Below, in pieces: positions 30,001 to 41,000 of a DNA stretch of 64,000 nucleotides. The stretch is from a virus, in IMG/VR virus record IMGVR_UViG_3300033145_003080, positions 85,038-149,037 of that record. One strand, 5' to 3'. Positions within the stretch are counted from its first letter, which is position 1. Every line of letters begins with the position of its first letter. The notes beneath the pieces are model-generated. The model ran no database searches. It was not told the DNA's origin and was given only the letters and a program-made list of their open reading frames with translations. The position numbers were made by a program, and so were the translations under genes.

Positions 30001-33000
30001 TGCTGGTCTTGATTTATCAACAAATTCAAAATACGGGTTTGTCAAAGACATTGATGGCGAAGAGATTGATAGTACCTGGTGCATTGGCGCTTTTCATAAA
30101 ACGCCAGAAGTAACATTCAGTGTTGGTCCAGACACTGACATAAAAGTAGCAGCTAATTACTCAATTGCTGACGCAATTATGACATTCAGCGCCGCGCAGA
30201 CGCATGAACTATTAAGTGCAGGATGTGTAGTTACCGATGCTGGTACCAGTCATCTTCTTAAGCGGAAGATATCTAATACCAAATGGGAAGTAACTGATTT
30301 TGACGGAACTCCGGCTTCTGATGCTGCAGGTCCAGTTACTATAATAACCATAAAACACCATACAACAAATCTGTATGATCTGATAACTGATTCTGCAGAA
30401 GTAACTCACATCTTTAATCGATTAGGGTCAATTAATTTAGCAGCAACTGATATAAACGTTAAAGTGGCCTGTGTGGCCGGCGTTTCATCCAGGACATCTA
30501 AAGTTGATGATTATACTTGTGATAGGCATAGGCATGTTGATATATTTGCTCCAGACCTTTCAAACGCCGATTATCTCGAGTCAAATCAGAATCGAAAACA
30601 CAATGGCAAATGGGGAGAGCTTTCTTATATTTCGAGCACAACAGATTTCCCTGCAAACCAACCTCATGAAATATACGGTGACCGGGGTGGCTACGGTATA
30701 ATTTTTAATAGCGGGGCTGACTTCTGCACTGTCAAAGGGGTTCAACTCTCTTCTTCTATTGATGGCGTTTTGATCGACGGTGCTAAAAACATTATTGTTG
30801 AAGACAACATTGTAAAGGATTGTAAAGGTAATGGAATTACGGTAACCGGTAAGGAAAAGTCGAATGAAAACCTGATAGCAAAAAATATTATTTACCAGTG
30901 TGGTGGAAGTGGAATAGAAATTCAACATGGTGCAGCATTCGAAACTTATTATGAAGCAAAATTTGGAACTCCTGCTGATAATGGTTTTATCATAACATCA
31001 ATATTCGGACATTCTCATATTTTTAAAAAATATACTGTTACTGTAACTTTCGGCGTTGAAAATGAAATAGATTGGTATCCCGGGCGAATTGTTATTACTG
31101 TTGATCCTGGTTCAACTTTTGATGATATCCTGACAAGTGGAAATATATTTGGTACACCATGGGCCACATTGGCAGCTGATGGAACAAATCCGGTAAATTC
31201 ATTATCAGAAACACGAATGGAAGACGCCGTAACCTTGCTTGAGTATCATGAAGACGGTTTAGGTATTAGCCATTATATTTATAATAATACAATATCAAAA
31301 TGTCAACGCGGCATTTATATAGAAACGCTGGCTACCCAGGACTGGATGACAAATGTTGCGGTTCTTAGGAATAATGCCATTTCTGAATGTGATTTTCAGA
31401 ATTATTATTCTACTCATGTGTTTCCCATTACAATACTTGCCGAAAACAATTGGTCTGATGACCAATCAATATATAACTTTTATGGATCAGGTAATAGTGA
31501 TACTCTTATTTCTATATTTGTTAATCCTTTTGCAGAAGATTATCGTATATCATTATATGATTTAGAGAGAATGGAAGGTATAAATCTTGTTGCCGATGAA
31601 AATTTTCAGATAGAGCATGATAATGTTGGGATTAAATATGCAACATATCCTCGATGGGCTATTGGTGCAAATACATGGAAATTTCGGAAGAAATCTATTC
31701 ATTGTTCAGTTGGGGCTGAAGGTGGAAATCTTGATGAGTTTCCAAGTGGTCGAGAAATAACTATTGAAAATGGGATAGCTCAATTTAATGAGAACAATGA
31801 TATAGGTGCTGACATTGGTATTGGTGACAGAATTCAATATGATGATGGAGGTCCTGAATATTGCTATCTTGCTGAGAAAGGTGCTCAGCACAGGTGGTGT
31901 GTGGTTGATGGGAGTGGAAATCAGATAATAAGCCTTGCCACCAAAGATGTAACAGATTTTACTCGAGTGTCAAATAGTCTTGAAGACGCCTTTAATACAG
32001 ACATTACTGCCGAGTTCCCTGATATAAATAACAAAGATATTGTTTCTGATGCTGTTGATTTATGTGTATGGTGTTGCGATGATAATGATACCATAGATGA
32101 TGTCGATGAGGTTGTAATAAACGATTGGGACACAAGTCCATTTTACAGAATATATGTACAAACGCCTTGGGATATTCGAACTCAATGCATGTCGCAGCAG
32201 AGAAATACTGGTGTGTGGGATGGGTATCGTATTAGATCGACACAGGCTCCAAATGGCTTTTCGGGGATAGTCATCAATATTGTTAATACAAATCATGTTG
32301 TAATCGAAGGTCTTTCTGTAGAGCCACACAATACGTTAGGAGTCGGCATAGGTACCAACTCCAATAGAGATGGTATCATAATTAGTAAGAATGTGATCAA
32401 AAATGGTAACATCGGTATCGAAATTTTAGGAACTGAGGGACGCGGAAACCGGGTATATGGTAATATTCTTTATGATCAAATACAGACTAATATCTCAACT
32501 GATGGTGGTAGTGTAATTAACAATACTGCTGTTGGCACATCTGTTAATGGTATTTTGGTGGAGAACGCTTTAGATGAAAGTGTAAACAATATTTGTCAAG
32601 ACCAAACAGCGATATGTTTTGGTGGATTTGGAAAAATACGCGCTTGTGTAAGTAGTGATGGTTCTGCTGGAAGTGATGATGGCTGTATATCAAATGCAAC
32701 ATTAAATTTTGTTGACAAACCAGGTAAAGATTTTCATCTTCATAGAGGTGATTGGCATGCGCTTAATCGTGGTACAAAAAGAGGTTTTCTTTTCCAATTC
32801 AAACTTGACACAAGTGCATATACTGACTATTCATTTTACCGTGATATTGATAATGAGTCAATGAATAATGATGAGTGGTCTATCGGAGCGGACTCAATGA
32901 TAGACCTTGAAACTATTGACTTATATTTTTCAGCCTCTCGAGACACAACTGATTTTAAACAAGGCGCCAGCCCATATCTTGAAATACTAAATGGCATAAT

Positions 33001-36000
33001 GACATTTTCAGAATCTCAAGATCACCAAAAAATTGGCATTGGGGATAAAGTTGATTATGATATTGGCAATAAAATTTGTTATTTATATCAGAAGATTTCA
33101 GATACAATGTGGGAAGTGCGTGATAAATTTGGAATTGCCCCGCTTAATACAAGTGGTCCTGTTGATTTGAATGCAATCAATAAGGCGTTCACAGTTTCTA
33201 CTCATTATATTTTTGATGAAACTGATTCAGAAAGCATTCAGCAGTTTCTTGGTGACAGCAACAATCCATTTCTCCATTTAAGATCAGCGCGATATAGGCT
33301 GCACCTTTCAATGTATAAGCATAATGTAGACCAGGAATATACCACATTAAGATATTTCGATACTAATGAAAGCAATTATTTAAGATTATTTGCTCCAAAA
33401 GATATTAGAAATCAATGTAATGTTTCTCAGGCTCATAATGGCAGCACATATTCAGGGGCTCAAAGAATTAATATACAGGCGGATACCCATCACGCCCTCA
33501 GCATTTATGTACCTCATGTTTGGATTGATGGTATTCTTGTCAGTGGAGACAATGCTAATGACACAGACTCGATAAGGTTGTATAATTCAAGAAATTGCAA
33601 AATAGTTAATAACATGTTAATGAGTGGTCCTAATGGTATCAAGCCGATTGATATGGGACATGATGATTTTACCGGTGATCATTTTGAAGGTTCAATCAGA
33701 ACTGATATATGGCATACGAATTTTTATAGCAATTGGGAATTAAGAAATGTTCCCGGTATTGGATATGTAGCAATACCTGAATGGGCTCAGATTAGTGTTA
33801 AAGATAATTTAACAGATCCTGGGACTTTAAAGGTAGGTGATTTTGATTATGAACTCGGAATGGTATTGGGTTCTGATGATTCTGTTGGTCAAAAACTTCG
33901 TTTTATTTTAGAAGACGGTGGTGGAATAAAAGCAGAATGTAATTGGGAAAATGGAGTTCTCAGCTTTGGTGGATCAACGCTCAATTTCCCATGGAAATTC
34001 AATCGTGAATATAAAATGCGCCTTGTCCGAGGTGGCACGATAACTTCTGATGGTTTATACGAGGATGATGCTGGCGAAGACAGCACTACTTCTCTTTATT
34101 ATCTTGATAATTTTAACGAAGGGGATGGCGAAGGCACCGAGAAATGGATTAAACATCCTGGAACATACACCTCATGGTCAGGAAGCCATTGGATTGAAGT
34201 AGAAGGACCGAAGGCTCATGGGTTCAGCTATATTGATCTTTGGGTTGCATCTGAACCTCTTCCTGGTGGTACAAAGCTTGTTGGGAGAAACGCAAATAAT
34301 ATAATTGTTAACAATGTTGCTTTCGATAAAGAAGAGAATGGAATTATAACATCAAATACAGATATTCTTTATAATAATACTGTTGATGACTGTGTTGAGT
34401 ATTGTTATCATAATGAAACAACTGATGTGTTAATTAATAATATTGGGCAAAGGGGTGGAACTAATGATTTTTATAATGGTGATACTGCTGAATTCTGTAT
34501 TGCAAGCGACACATCTCTTGTGGTTACTGGCGAAAATAGAAATATAAATAGTCTCATACTCACATTTGTTGATAAGATCAGCACGCCGGAAGAGCGCGAT
34601 TATCATTTAGAACTTACTTCCGATGATAGTGCAATATGGTCTGCAAAAATGCTGACTGGAAATCCTGATTATCCGTTTGATTTTGATGGTGGTGGCGTTC
34701 CACGTCTTAGAAAATGGGATCGTGGTGCATTGGAATACCAAACCAAAAGGGTTGTTTATGCTATTGGCGATAACGGCATAGACCATCAGACAAAACCGTC
34801 AATCGGAAGTGTAACATATGTAATCGAAGAAAATGCTGGAAAAAGTTATATAACTTTTTCTACACCCCAAACCAATCAAAGCATGGGTATCGGCAGTCAA
34901 GTAGTAGATATTGGAAGTCCATTTTCAAATGGGTGTCTTATTATAGAGAAAATAGATGAGTCGAAATGGTTAGTTGCTGATTATATTGGTGACAACGTTT
35001 CAGATAAATCCGGTTCTGTTTATAGTATTTATAGAGTTTTTAATACATTGTGGAGCGCTTTAGACACTTCTGGATTTATTAGTTCTATTTATTTAAATTC
35101 TTCTTCTTTTCAGGCTGTTGGGGTTCGTGTTGAATTAATTTGTTATAATGAGGGTCGTGGCAGGTCGGTTGAACAAGCGTTGAATGTGGACTATATTGGG
35201 TGTGATAAACATCATAATTTAAGAATCAAAACTCCTTCTGATACAATTACCGAATGCAATTCTTCACAAAGACATGATGGGTTGTATGATGAGGGTTATA
35301 AATTTGAGCCGGAAATATTTGAAGATAGCATTGCTTCGATGTATTTCTTTCAGACTACATATATTGAAATAGAAGGCATTCTTCTTAATGCCGATGAGCA
35401 GTTTAAAGATGGTATCAATTTATTTGATTGTCGTGATGCATACGTCGGATACAATGTGGTAAAGGATTGTGGTGGGAATGGAATTGTACTCCAACCATCT
35501 GTTAATCCGGAAGATGTTGTATTCAACAATCTCGTATATGATTGTGTTCGTGATGGTATTGTTGTAATAGCTGAATATAGTGCATTCTTTTCGATACTAA
35601 TCAGAATAAATAATAATACGGTTGTGAATTGCAGAAGAGCTTTTTATCTTGAAAAATTTGATGAAGAGTATGGTGCGGGGTTGTCAATTGAATTAAGAAA
35701 CAATATTGCTCAAGATTCGAAGTATCAAGATTATGTATCAACTTATGAAAATCATTTTGGAAGATTCGCGTTATATAATTGTATAAGCAGCGATTTATCA
35801 TCATGGCTATTCCCCGGGACTGGGAATATAAAAAATCAATATGTAAGATTTATTGGTAGACCAAATAATTTTAATTTACACAAAGTTAGTGATGGCTTCG
35901 CTGTAGATAATGCACTTGATTTAAGTACTGATTGGCTCCTTCCCTTCTTCGATGACATTGGTGGCAGGGAAAGAGATCCGAATGAATATGACATTGGTGC

Positions 36001-36595
36001 TTTTGAAATGGTTGATATAATAGGTTCTGGTGATTTAATTACTGGACCTGTAGCAATTGATGGGGCTGGGTCAGAATCGATGGAATTCCCGATAATGACA
36101 TTATATCTTCGTGAGACGGAAGGCGACTACCTTCCTCATGTTGATCCGAGATGGCAATTCACAGATATAGAAGGTGCTGATCCAGATTATGATATAAATG
36201 CATTCCTTGCTTTACAGTCAACTGCAGACAATGTTATTATTTATGTACAGGGTGGAAAGGTGTTTCAGGGAACTTTTGAACTTCAAGACAGAAACCCGCG
36301 AGAAGTTCTTATTAAGACTTATCCGCTTGAAGCGTATCTTGGTCCTGCTTCTCATATATATGTCGGTCCTATTGTTGATGATGCCAGTGATCAGAAATTT
36401 TTGACATACGATGGCATGAAAGTATATAGTGATGATGCTGCCGCACAAGATTATCTTATTAATAATACCGCGGCAACTAAAGCACTTAAATTTATAAATT
36501 CCATTGTACAGGTAAATATGGACAGTGTAATTGATAATGTTACCGACGCAACAGTTGGTGTTACTCATTCGATAATCATATATAGAAACGGATAA
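27005..36595 (+). CDS. Giant virion adhesin/fibre: LamG - DUF2341 - LamG - five repeated beta-helix modules
   Basis: FTVEVW...WHIAARKDGATLQLFING (LamG); NANGSDII...IPMELISF...IQVPSVLASSNFVIALQYG (DUF2341); LDEFRL (second LamG); many right-handed beta-helix repeats ending DIDGE...W.IGA. Confidence 0.8.
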   Translation: MPSIRNWDTANLVMSIAPNALKLGDNPVPFNSGTFPVYQGGSAGSKITGILTNMLSGYGYADGKIKFDKVDDRIAEDKNIPITDASKFTVEVWLDYISGGGAGTFYSEGDDGNNFIEFLHGVGNDKIWIRYCVGGTIKEAISTQRINVPGLWHIAARKDGATLQLFINGVEVSGYDAQDTYNLGSKTFLGGANIGSAKRGAVAQNFYGGGMYQVNIYDDAISDARILANYNAGKWNDGIRGVDNEDDTITLTDPANLVPPPASVTKFSDSKYAKLLGVREQMVANNDTFIPLYINEHHINDDSGFFTNVKNANGSDIIPTTIEGIEIPMELISFNKAGETITAVIQVPSVLASSNFVIALQYGGDTAARTKASTLVWSDCYGGSIDYALVAHGEETEADLTDASGNYTATDADITYAQNGKILKAPKGNGTNSISDWGNVTELNSVTKFTTMLWATYEIVNEHVDLWAKYINGSNQLRFFSFTDGKTYFVIKNAGTSSSYYTTSLNTTLKNVVCVYDGDGVSDADKTKVYTNGLAETLTFTGEAQPASTPDLSATTFALMNIPVGFPPEPLTAAPEGILDEFRLIAGALSANQISLHYDNESTYEVNGLWDFGPKKDLFDQFIELKASTITFSVGTAAASADEYVTKTISGAMPTAVIQNGVLTFSVPQINPYIGVGDKVELDDGSPFYIYLNEKIDTRQWKVHDAFGDFPDDKTTPLPVTTIDKTFNDVRAAINGDTSGAYALMGNQHDLISKRAMLRIACYEMYDDMGANTLSISNLWVVDDKYRVKIYTPRNISIECNKSQKHIRGRADLGGYRVASSSNVINMAGSRVIIDGLGVGDNGYSPGYAIRIDSNNERCQVINNVVFKSTNGIEVIATAPEEYTIANNIVRDCSKGIILNPSSTIGGACFDNDVVNCSIAGIEYSGNNLTEIANNIVQDCGTDIEDNSVGLSNVSNCITSDASCAGGVNCHPSTSLKFEDKVNYDYRPHISDTVAYTGGAGLDLSTNSKYGFVKDIDGEEIDSTWCIGAFHKTPEVTFSVGPDTDIKVAANYSIADAIMTFSAAQTHELLSAGCVVTDAGTSHLLKRKISNTKWEVTDFDGTPASDAAGPVTIITIKHHTTNLYDLITDSAEVTHIFNRLGSINLAATDINVKVACVAGVSSRTSKVDDYTCDRHRHVDIFAPDLSNADYLESNQNRKHNGKWGELSYISSTTDFPANQPHEIYGDRGGYGIIFNSGADFCTVKGVQLSSSIDGVLIDGAKNIIVEDNIVKDCKGNGITVTGKEKSNENLIAKNIIYQCGGSGIEIQHGAAFETYYEAKFGTPADNGFIITSIFGHSHIFKKYTVTVTFGVENEIDWYPGRIVITVDPGSTFDDILTSGNIFGTPWATLAADGTNPVNSLSETRMEDAVTLLEYHEDGLGISHYIYNNTISKCQRGIYIETLATQDWMTNVAVLRNNAISECDFQNYYSTHVFPITILAENNWSDDQSIYNFYGSGNSDTLISIFVNPFAEDYRISLYDLERMEGINLVADENFQIEHDNVGIKYATYPRWAIGANTWKFRKKSIHCSVGAEGGNLDEFPSGREITIENGIAQFNENNDIGADIGIGDRIQYDDGGPEYCYLAEKGAQHRWCVVDGSGNQIISLATKDVTDFTRVSNSLEDAFNTDITAEFPDINNKDIVSDAVDLCVWCCDDNDTIDDVDEVVINDWDTSPFYRIYVQTPWDIRTQCMSQQRNTGVWDGYRIRSTQAPNGFSGIVINIVNTNHVVIEGLSVEPHNTLGVGIGTNSNRDGIIISKNVIKNGNIGIEILGTEGRGNRVYGNILYDQIQTNISTDGGSVINNTAVGTSVNGILVENALDESVNNICQDQTAICFGGFGKIRACVSSDGSAGSDDGCISNATLNFVDKPGKDFHLHRGDWHALNRGTKRGFLFQFKLDTSAYTDYSFYRDIDNESMNNDEWSIGADSMIDLETIDLYFSASRDTTDFKQGASPYLEILNGIMTFSESQDHQKIGIGDKVDYDIGNKICYLYQKISDTMWEVRDKFGIAPLNTSGPVDLNAINKAFTVSTHYIFDETDSESIQQFLGDSNNPFLHLRSARYRLHLSMYKHNVDQEYTTLRYFDTNESNYLRLFAPKDIRNQCNVSQAHNGSTYSGAQRINIQADTHHALSIYVPHVWIDGILVSGDNANDTDSIRLYNSRNCKIVNNMLMSGPNGIKPIDMGHDDFTGDHFEGSIRTDIWHTNFYSNWELRNVPGIGYVAIPEWAQISVKDNLTDPGTLKVGDFDYELGMVLGSDDSVGQKLRFILEDGGGIKAECNWENGVLSFGGSTLNFPWKFNREYKMRLVRGGTITSDGLYEDDAGEDSTTSLYYLDNFNEGDGEGTEKWIKHPGTYTSWSGSHWIEVEGPKAHGFSYIDLWVASEPLPGGTKLVGRNANNIIVNNVAFDKEENGIITSNTDILYNNTVDDCVEYCYHNETTDVLINNIGQRGGTNDFYNGDTAEFCIASDTSLVVTGENRNINSLILTFVDKISTPEERDYHLELTSDDSAIWSAKMLTGNPDYPFDFDGGGVPRLRKWDRGALEYQTKRVVYAIGDNGIDHQTKPSIGSVTYVIEENAGKSYITFSTPQTNQSMGIGSQVVDIGSPFSNGCLIIEKIDESKWLVADYIGDNVSDKSGSVYSIYRVFNTLWSALDTSGFISSIYLNSSSFQAVGVRVELICYNEGRGRSVEQALNVDYIGCDKHHNLRIKTPSDTITECNSSQRHDGLYDEGYKFEPEIFEDSIASMYFFQTTYIEIEGILLNADEQFKDGINLFDCRDAYVGYNVVKDCGGNGIVLQPSVNPEDVVFNNLVYDCVRDGIVVIAEYSAFFSILIRINNNTVVNCRRAFYLEKFDEEYGAGLSIELRNNIAQDSKYQDYVSTYENHFGRFALYNCISSDLSSWLFPGTGNIKNQYVRFIGRPNNFNLHKVSDGFAVDNALDLSTDWLLPFFDDIGGRERDPNEYDIGAFEMVDIIGSGDLITGPVAIDGAGSESMEFPIMTLYLRETEGDYLPHVDPRWQFTDIEGADPDYDINAFLALQSTADNVIIYVQGGKVFQGTFELQDRNPREVLIKTYPLEAYLGPASHIYVGPIVDDASDQKFLTYDGMKVYSDDAAAQDYLINNTAATKALKFINSIVQVNMDSVIDNVTDATVGVTHSIIIYRNG

Positions 36596-36610
36596 TAAAA
36601 GGGGTATATC

Positions 36611-37129
36611 ATGCCACAAAAAATATTTAGAAAATATGGAGTCTCAACAACTATTGATTTTACGCTATCGGATCCTACAGGAATAGATATTATTACTACC
36701 GCAGTGCATGTTTCTGGTGACACAAATATATCTATAGACGGTGCTGCAGAAAAGGTAACTGTAAATGGATTTATTAATGTTGACCAAGGGTATAGAATAA
36801 CTCTTGAGGCATCAGAAATGATTGGAAAAAGTATTAGAGTTCCAACAGTTGATCAAACCGCTTCTAAAATTTGGAAAGACGAAACGTTAATTATTGAAAC
36901 ATATGGGCACATAGATGCGCAACATCAAATCCCTGACCTTTTAACGTTGATTGATGGTGTGACTGTTGAGCATATCAATGAGTTGTTAATGGCAATGGTT
37001 AACGGCCAATTTGAAAAAAATGTTCCGGCGGATGGGGATATAACCTTTTTCAAACGTGACAACACAACACCATTAACAGTTATTCATGTTGATGAAGATG
37101 ATGGTATAAGAACCAGAATTTCTCCGTAA
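36611..37129 (+). CDS. Hypothetical structural protein
   Basis: 172-aa ORF with AAGGGG RBS; beta-rich N-terminus and a C-terminal ITFFKRDNTTPLTV..D.DG.RTR motif seen in phage structural proteins. Confidence 0.55.
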   Translation: MPQKIFRKYGVSTTIDFTLSDPTGIDIITTAVHVSGDTNISIDGAAEKVTVNGFINVDQGYRITLEASEMIGKSIRVPTVDQTASKIWKDETLIIETYGHIDAQHQIPDLLTLIDGVTVEHINELLMAMVNGQFEKNVPADGDITFFKRDNTTPLTVIHVDEDDGIRTRISP

Positions 37130-37145
37130 CAATAAGAGGTAATTA

Positions 37146-38048
37146 GTGGCTGATTTGCATCTTGTAAAAAACGGAAACAATGGAAATGCTATCGAGAATT
37201 CCATTGTAATTTCCTATGATAGTGGTGATTTAGATTTTGCTACTACTGATACTCCAGTAGGAGATATGGTCTATAATCTCATGACTTATAATTATGGTGT
37301 TGGCGATTTAAGTATAACAAATCCAGTATCTAATGTTATTGCATCTTTACCAAATACCGATCCACTATTTACTGAGGCTGAATTGACCGAACAATTGTTC
37401 AATATATCAGAAGTTATGGAAAAAACGTTTCTTCCATTGAAAGAGTCCCCTGTTTTAGATAAGGGTGACAACCAGTTTGCCACAGATATACCAGTTGATA
37501 TAGTGGGGAATCGTCGTATCTATATTTCAGGAATTGTTGATATCGGGCCATATGAGCTTGAAGTTCATCAGCTTCATTTTGCATCAGAGCAGATCAAATC
37601 TGTTTTTCAGGATAAGCTTCGTATCGACCATTCAGAACATCGATTTACTCCAGTTTCTACTGATGATATTTACGAAGATTTGTGGGATCAGTTTGTGACG
37701 AATGTTGAATATAGAGAAGAATTTGTCAGGGAAGCAAAAGTTATTATAAAAATGAAAACCATAGAATCTGAATTTAAGATATCTACTGATAAAAATGATA
37801 TTCCACTGGCAGAATATGAAGCTTATTATGATAAAGGAAAAAGATCTATTGTAATATCAAAGACCGATGATTTTTATGGCAATATGTTAAATAGTATTTT
37901 TGATGACGGAAGGTATGTGTTTTTCTTTAGTGAAATTAATAGCAAACTTTTTGTATATATAAATCCAACCTATAATAAAGGCAAATCTGGAAAAGGAAAT
38001 GTAGTTAACGAGGTTAGGGCCGGCGGTTTATCCATAATGAATAGATAA
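37146..38048 (+). CDS. Beta-helix tail plus choice-of-anchor-Q-like domain protein
   Basis: GTG start after GAGGT; DPLF...SPVLDKGDN...DIVGNRRI...VDIGPYE motif. Confidence 0.65.
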   Translation: MADLHLVKNGNNGNAIENSIVISYDSGDLDFATTDTPVGDMVYNLMTYNYGVGDLSITNPVSNVIASLPNTDPLFTEAELTEQLFNISEVMEKTFLPLKESPVLDKGDNQFATDIPVDIVGNRRIYISGIVDIGPYELEVHQLHFASEQIKSVFQDKLRIDHSEHRFTPVSTDDIYEDLWDQFVTNVEYREEFVREAKVIIKMKTIESEFKISTDKNDIPLAEYEAYYDKGKRSIVISKTDDFYGNMLNSIFDDGRYVFFFSEINSKLFVYINPTYNKGKSGKGNVVNEVRAGGLSIMNR

Positions 38049-38050
38049 TT

Positions 38051-41000
38051 ATGATAAGATTAATAAATTCTCAAAGATCAACATACCACCACACTGCTAT
38101 AACTGAATTTTCTGATATAAGCAGCTTGATAGTAACAGGTGTAGCAAAGGGTTATGCGTCAAATAAATACTCGTGGGTTTCTGATTTTCTTTCGAAACAT
38201 TCTGGGAATTTATCGATTAATCCCCATATTGGGCATGTTGCTTTTTATAGCGAAAGGGATATTTTTCAGCAAAGTTATGGTAATATTGAAAGGCTACATA
38301 ATCATTATCCATTTCTTAGTGATTACAATTTTTCGATTTTTCCCAAGTATTACGAAGAGCTGTCAACAAAACAATATTTTAAAGTTGGCCAAAAGTTTTC
38401 TGAATATGATATTGTTCAATATGTAAATATTTCTGAACTTTACACTTTAACTTTGCGTTCGCTAGATCCAGATTATCATTGGAATAGGGTCAATTTTAAT
38501 ATCAAGCACGAATATTATAGAGCACCTGCTTTCTATACTTCTGGTTATAAAGTTGATATGGAATATGAAGAGGAGCCGGGATATAAATACTTTGACAGAT
38601 ACATGTGGGCGCTCCCCAAATCGATTTCACCAAACAGAAGTGTATATAAAGACTATATAGTTAATGAACACGGCTTTGACATAACACTATTACCTATGTT
38701 TGCTGATTATTTTGGTGATAGCGATATACCTGACATTATAGACCCTTATACTCAGCCAAATTTAGTTAAGAGACTTTTTGATTATAAAGTTTTAGTTGAC
38801 AATCCTGAATATCATTATTTTCATAATGATACTAATAATTGGATTATAAATCATAAAAATTTAAATGCTGGGTCTAATAAGTATTATCCATATATTAATT
38901 TTGTTCAATGTTTTCTTGAAGACTGGAGTTTTATTACACCGTATTACGAATATTATTCAGCAACTCCACCATGGCCGCCACCAACACCAGTTCCTGGTTA
39001 TATACGATTCTATCCAGAAATTACACAAAATGGGGTTCTCGAACCTGGAAAAACTATTGTTGATTGGGGCAATTCAAGAAGTGGCGGTCAGCCAATAACA
39101 CGTATGGGTGTTTGTGCAATAAATCCCGGAAACCATCTTGGTCACCCTGACGACCAATCAAGAATAGTATATAATATTTGTAAACACATGACTCAATGGG
39201 ACGGAACTCGATTTGTAATTCATAAAGAAGATTTTGCAGAAAATGATGTTCTTATCGGCTTGGATTTAGACACAGAGCGAAATAGGCGCAATTCTGCAGT
39301 TGTAATGACAGAACCATATTTCACTGTGAAGCCTATTGCTAATGGCCAAGTTGCACAAATATCTTTTGTTGATTATAAAAGAGACTCGATACAGCATGAA
39401 AGTGTGGATGGTTTCCTCACTGATCCGTCGATGTATTTAAAAATAAAAGCGCCTCTTACTTTTATAAAGGAACTTGACCGGTATCTCGTACTTGAAGAAG
39501 TTAACACAGACATAATTGATACACTTATTATAAAAAATCCTCGAGATAATTATGGCATGTTTAATTCTGATCCGGCGTTTCTATATGACAATTTTGGTGA
39601 AGACAATGAGACACTTTTGTATCGCCAGGAGTTTTGTCTTGACGATCTAGTTGAGGGTAGGGTTGGCACTGGCCAGCATAGAAAGTTTTATATTTCAGCT
39701 ATTGGTCCTCGAGCAGATAAGTATAGTGATGATGAAATGAAAGTATCCGGTATGGGATTTGTCTGTAAAACTATTATTAACCAGGCTGGTGAAATTCAAT
39801 CAGGCCATAATGAATATTTGCATATATACTGTAACAATCATTGGTTTACTAACACCCCAGCCCATGCAACAGTAACGCCACCATTGCCAAATGTTGATAT
39901 TGAAATTTTAACTGATACATCTATTGTTACTCGAATACAACAGTATGAAAAATTCAGGCCTATGATCAAGCTGCCTGGTGTGAATGGTTATGTTAAAATA
40001 TTGGGAAGGAATCCACATTTTAAGATACAGCGTGTGCACGATGGTGAATATGAAGTAATATATAATGTCGAATTCCCTTTCTGCCCTGGTTCTGCTTATG
40101 AACGATTTGCGATGAATTATAATGATGAGCATCCATATTTACCAAGCCAGGTGTTTTATAAGGCTGATTATATAAATGCCGGTTCATGGGAAATGTCTGA
40201 GGTTGATTCTGATGAAAGATATGATTCAACAAACAATCGGCATGCTCCGTATGGTGATGATTCCTTTACTCGCCATGAACTTTTTCGACAGGTCGCAGTT
40301 TCTGATGCTTTTAATGATATTGGTGGATTTATTCATTATTATTATGATTACACATCTACATTAGAAAATATTGACAAGTCTGAATACCATAGCGAAGTCA
40401 TAAAATATCCCACTCACCTAATATGGGAACAGCTCGATTGGAATTTTTTAAGTCTTATTAAATCACAAATTGAAGAATTCAAAAGATACGGCACATATGA
40501 TGTAAGTGTTACTCAGACTCGTGTTGAGTTTGATATTGAACAGTATTTGCCATATTTTACAAGCGATTTAAAGTTAATTGCACTGGCTGACAATAGGCAA
40601 TGGAATTTTGATAAAGATAAATATATATCATTTATTGGAAGAGAGAATCCAGCCTATGTTTGCGAAATGGATATATCAACTTTATTTGAAGATTTTCAAT
40701 CATTCCAAATAAAAAATGGTGCAATTCCTGATGTTAAAAGATGGCTTTATGGATATTTTTCAGGATTTGCCCACATGATTGCCACATCAACAGAATCAGA
40801 AACGAGAGACGAAAGAGCTACACCTGGTTTGGATACATCGTTAACCACACAAGATGCTCAATCTAATATTATTATTGAGGTATGGGATTCTGCTTCTGAT
40901 ATTGGAAATGATAAGCTTGGAAACTGGAGACCATTATCATTAATTTCTTCTGATACCGAAAAGGTCGCTGGTGAATTAATTTTGGATAAATTATTTATTT

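Noticed and set aside
36590-37150. Intron or programmed frameshift joining the giant gene to ORF 37146
   Set aside because: The giant gene ends in a double TAA, both downstream ORFs have their own RBS, and no intron-like structure or slippery site is evident.
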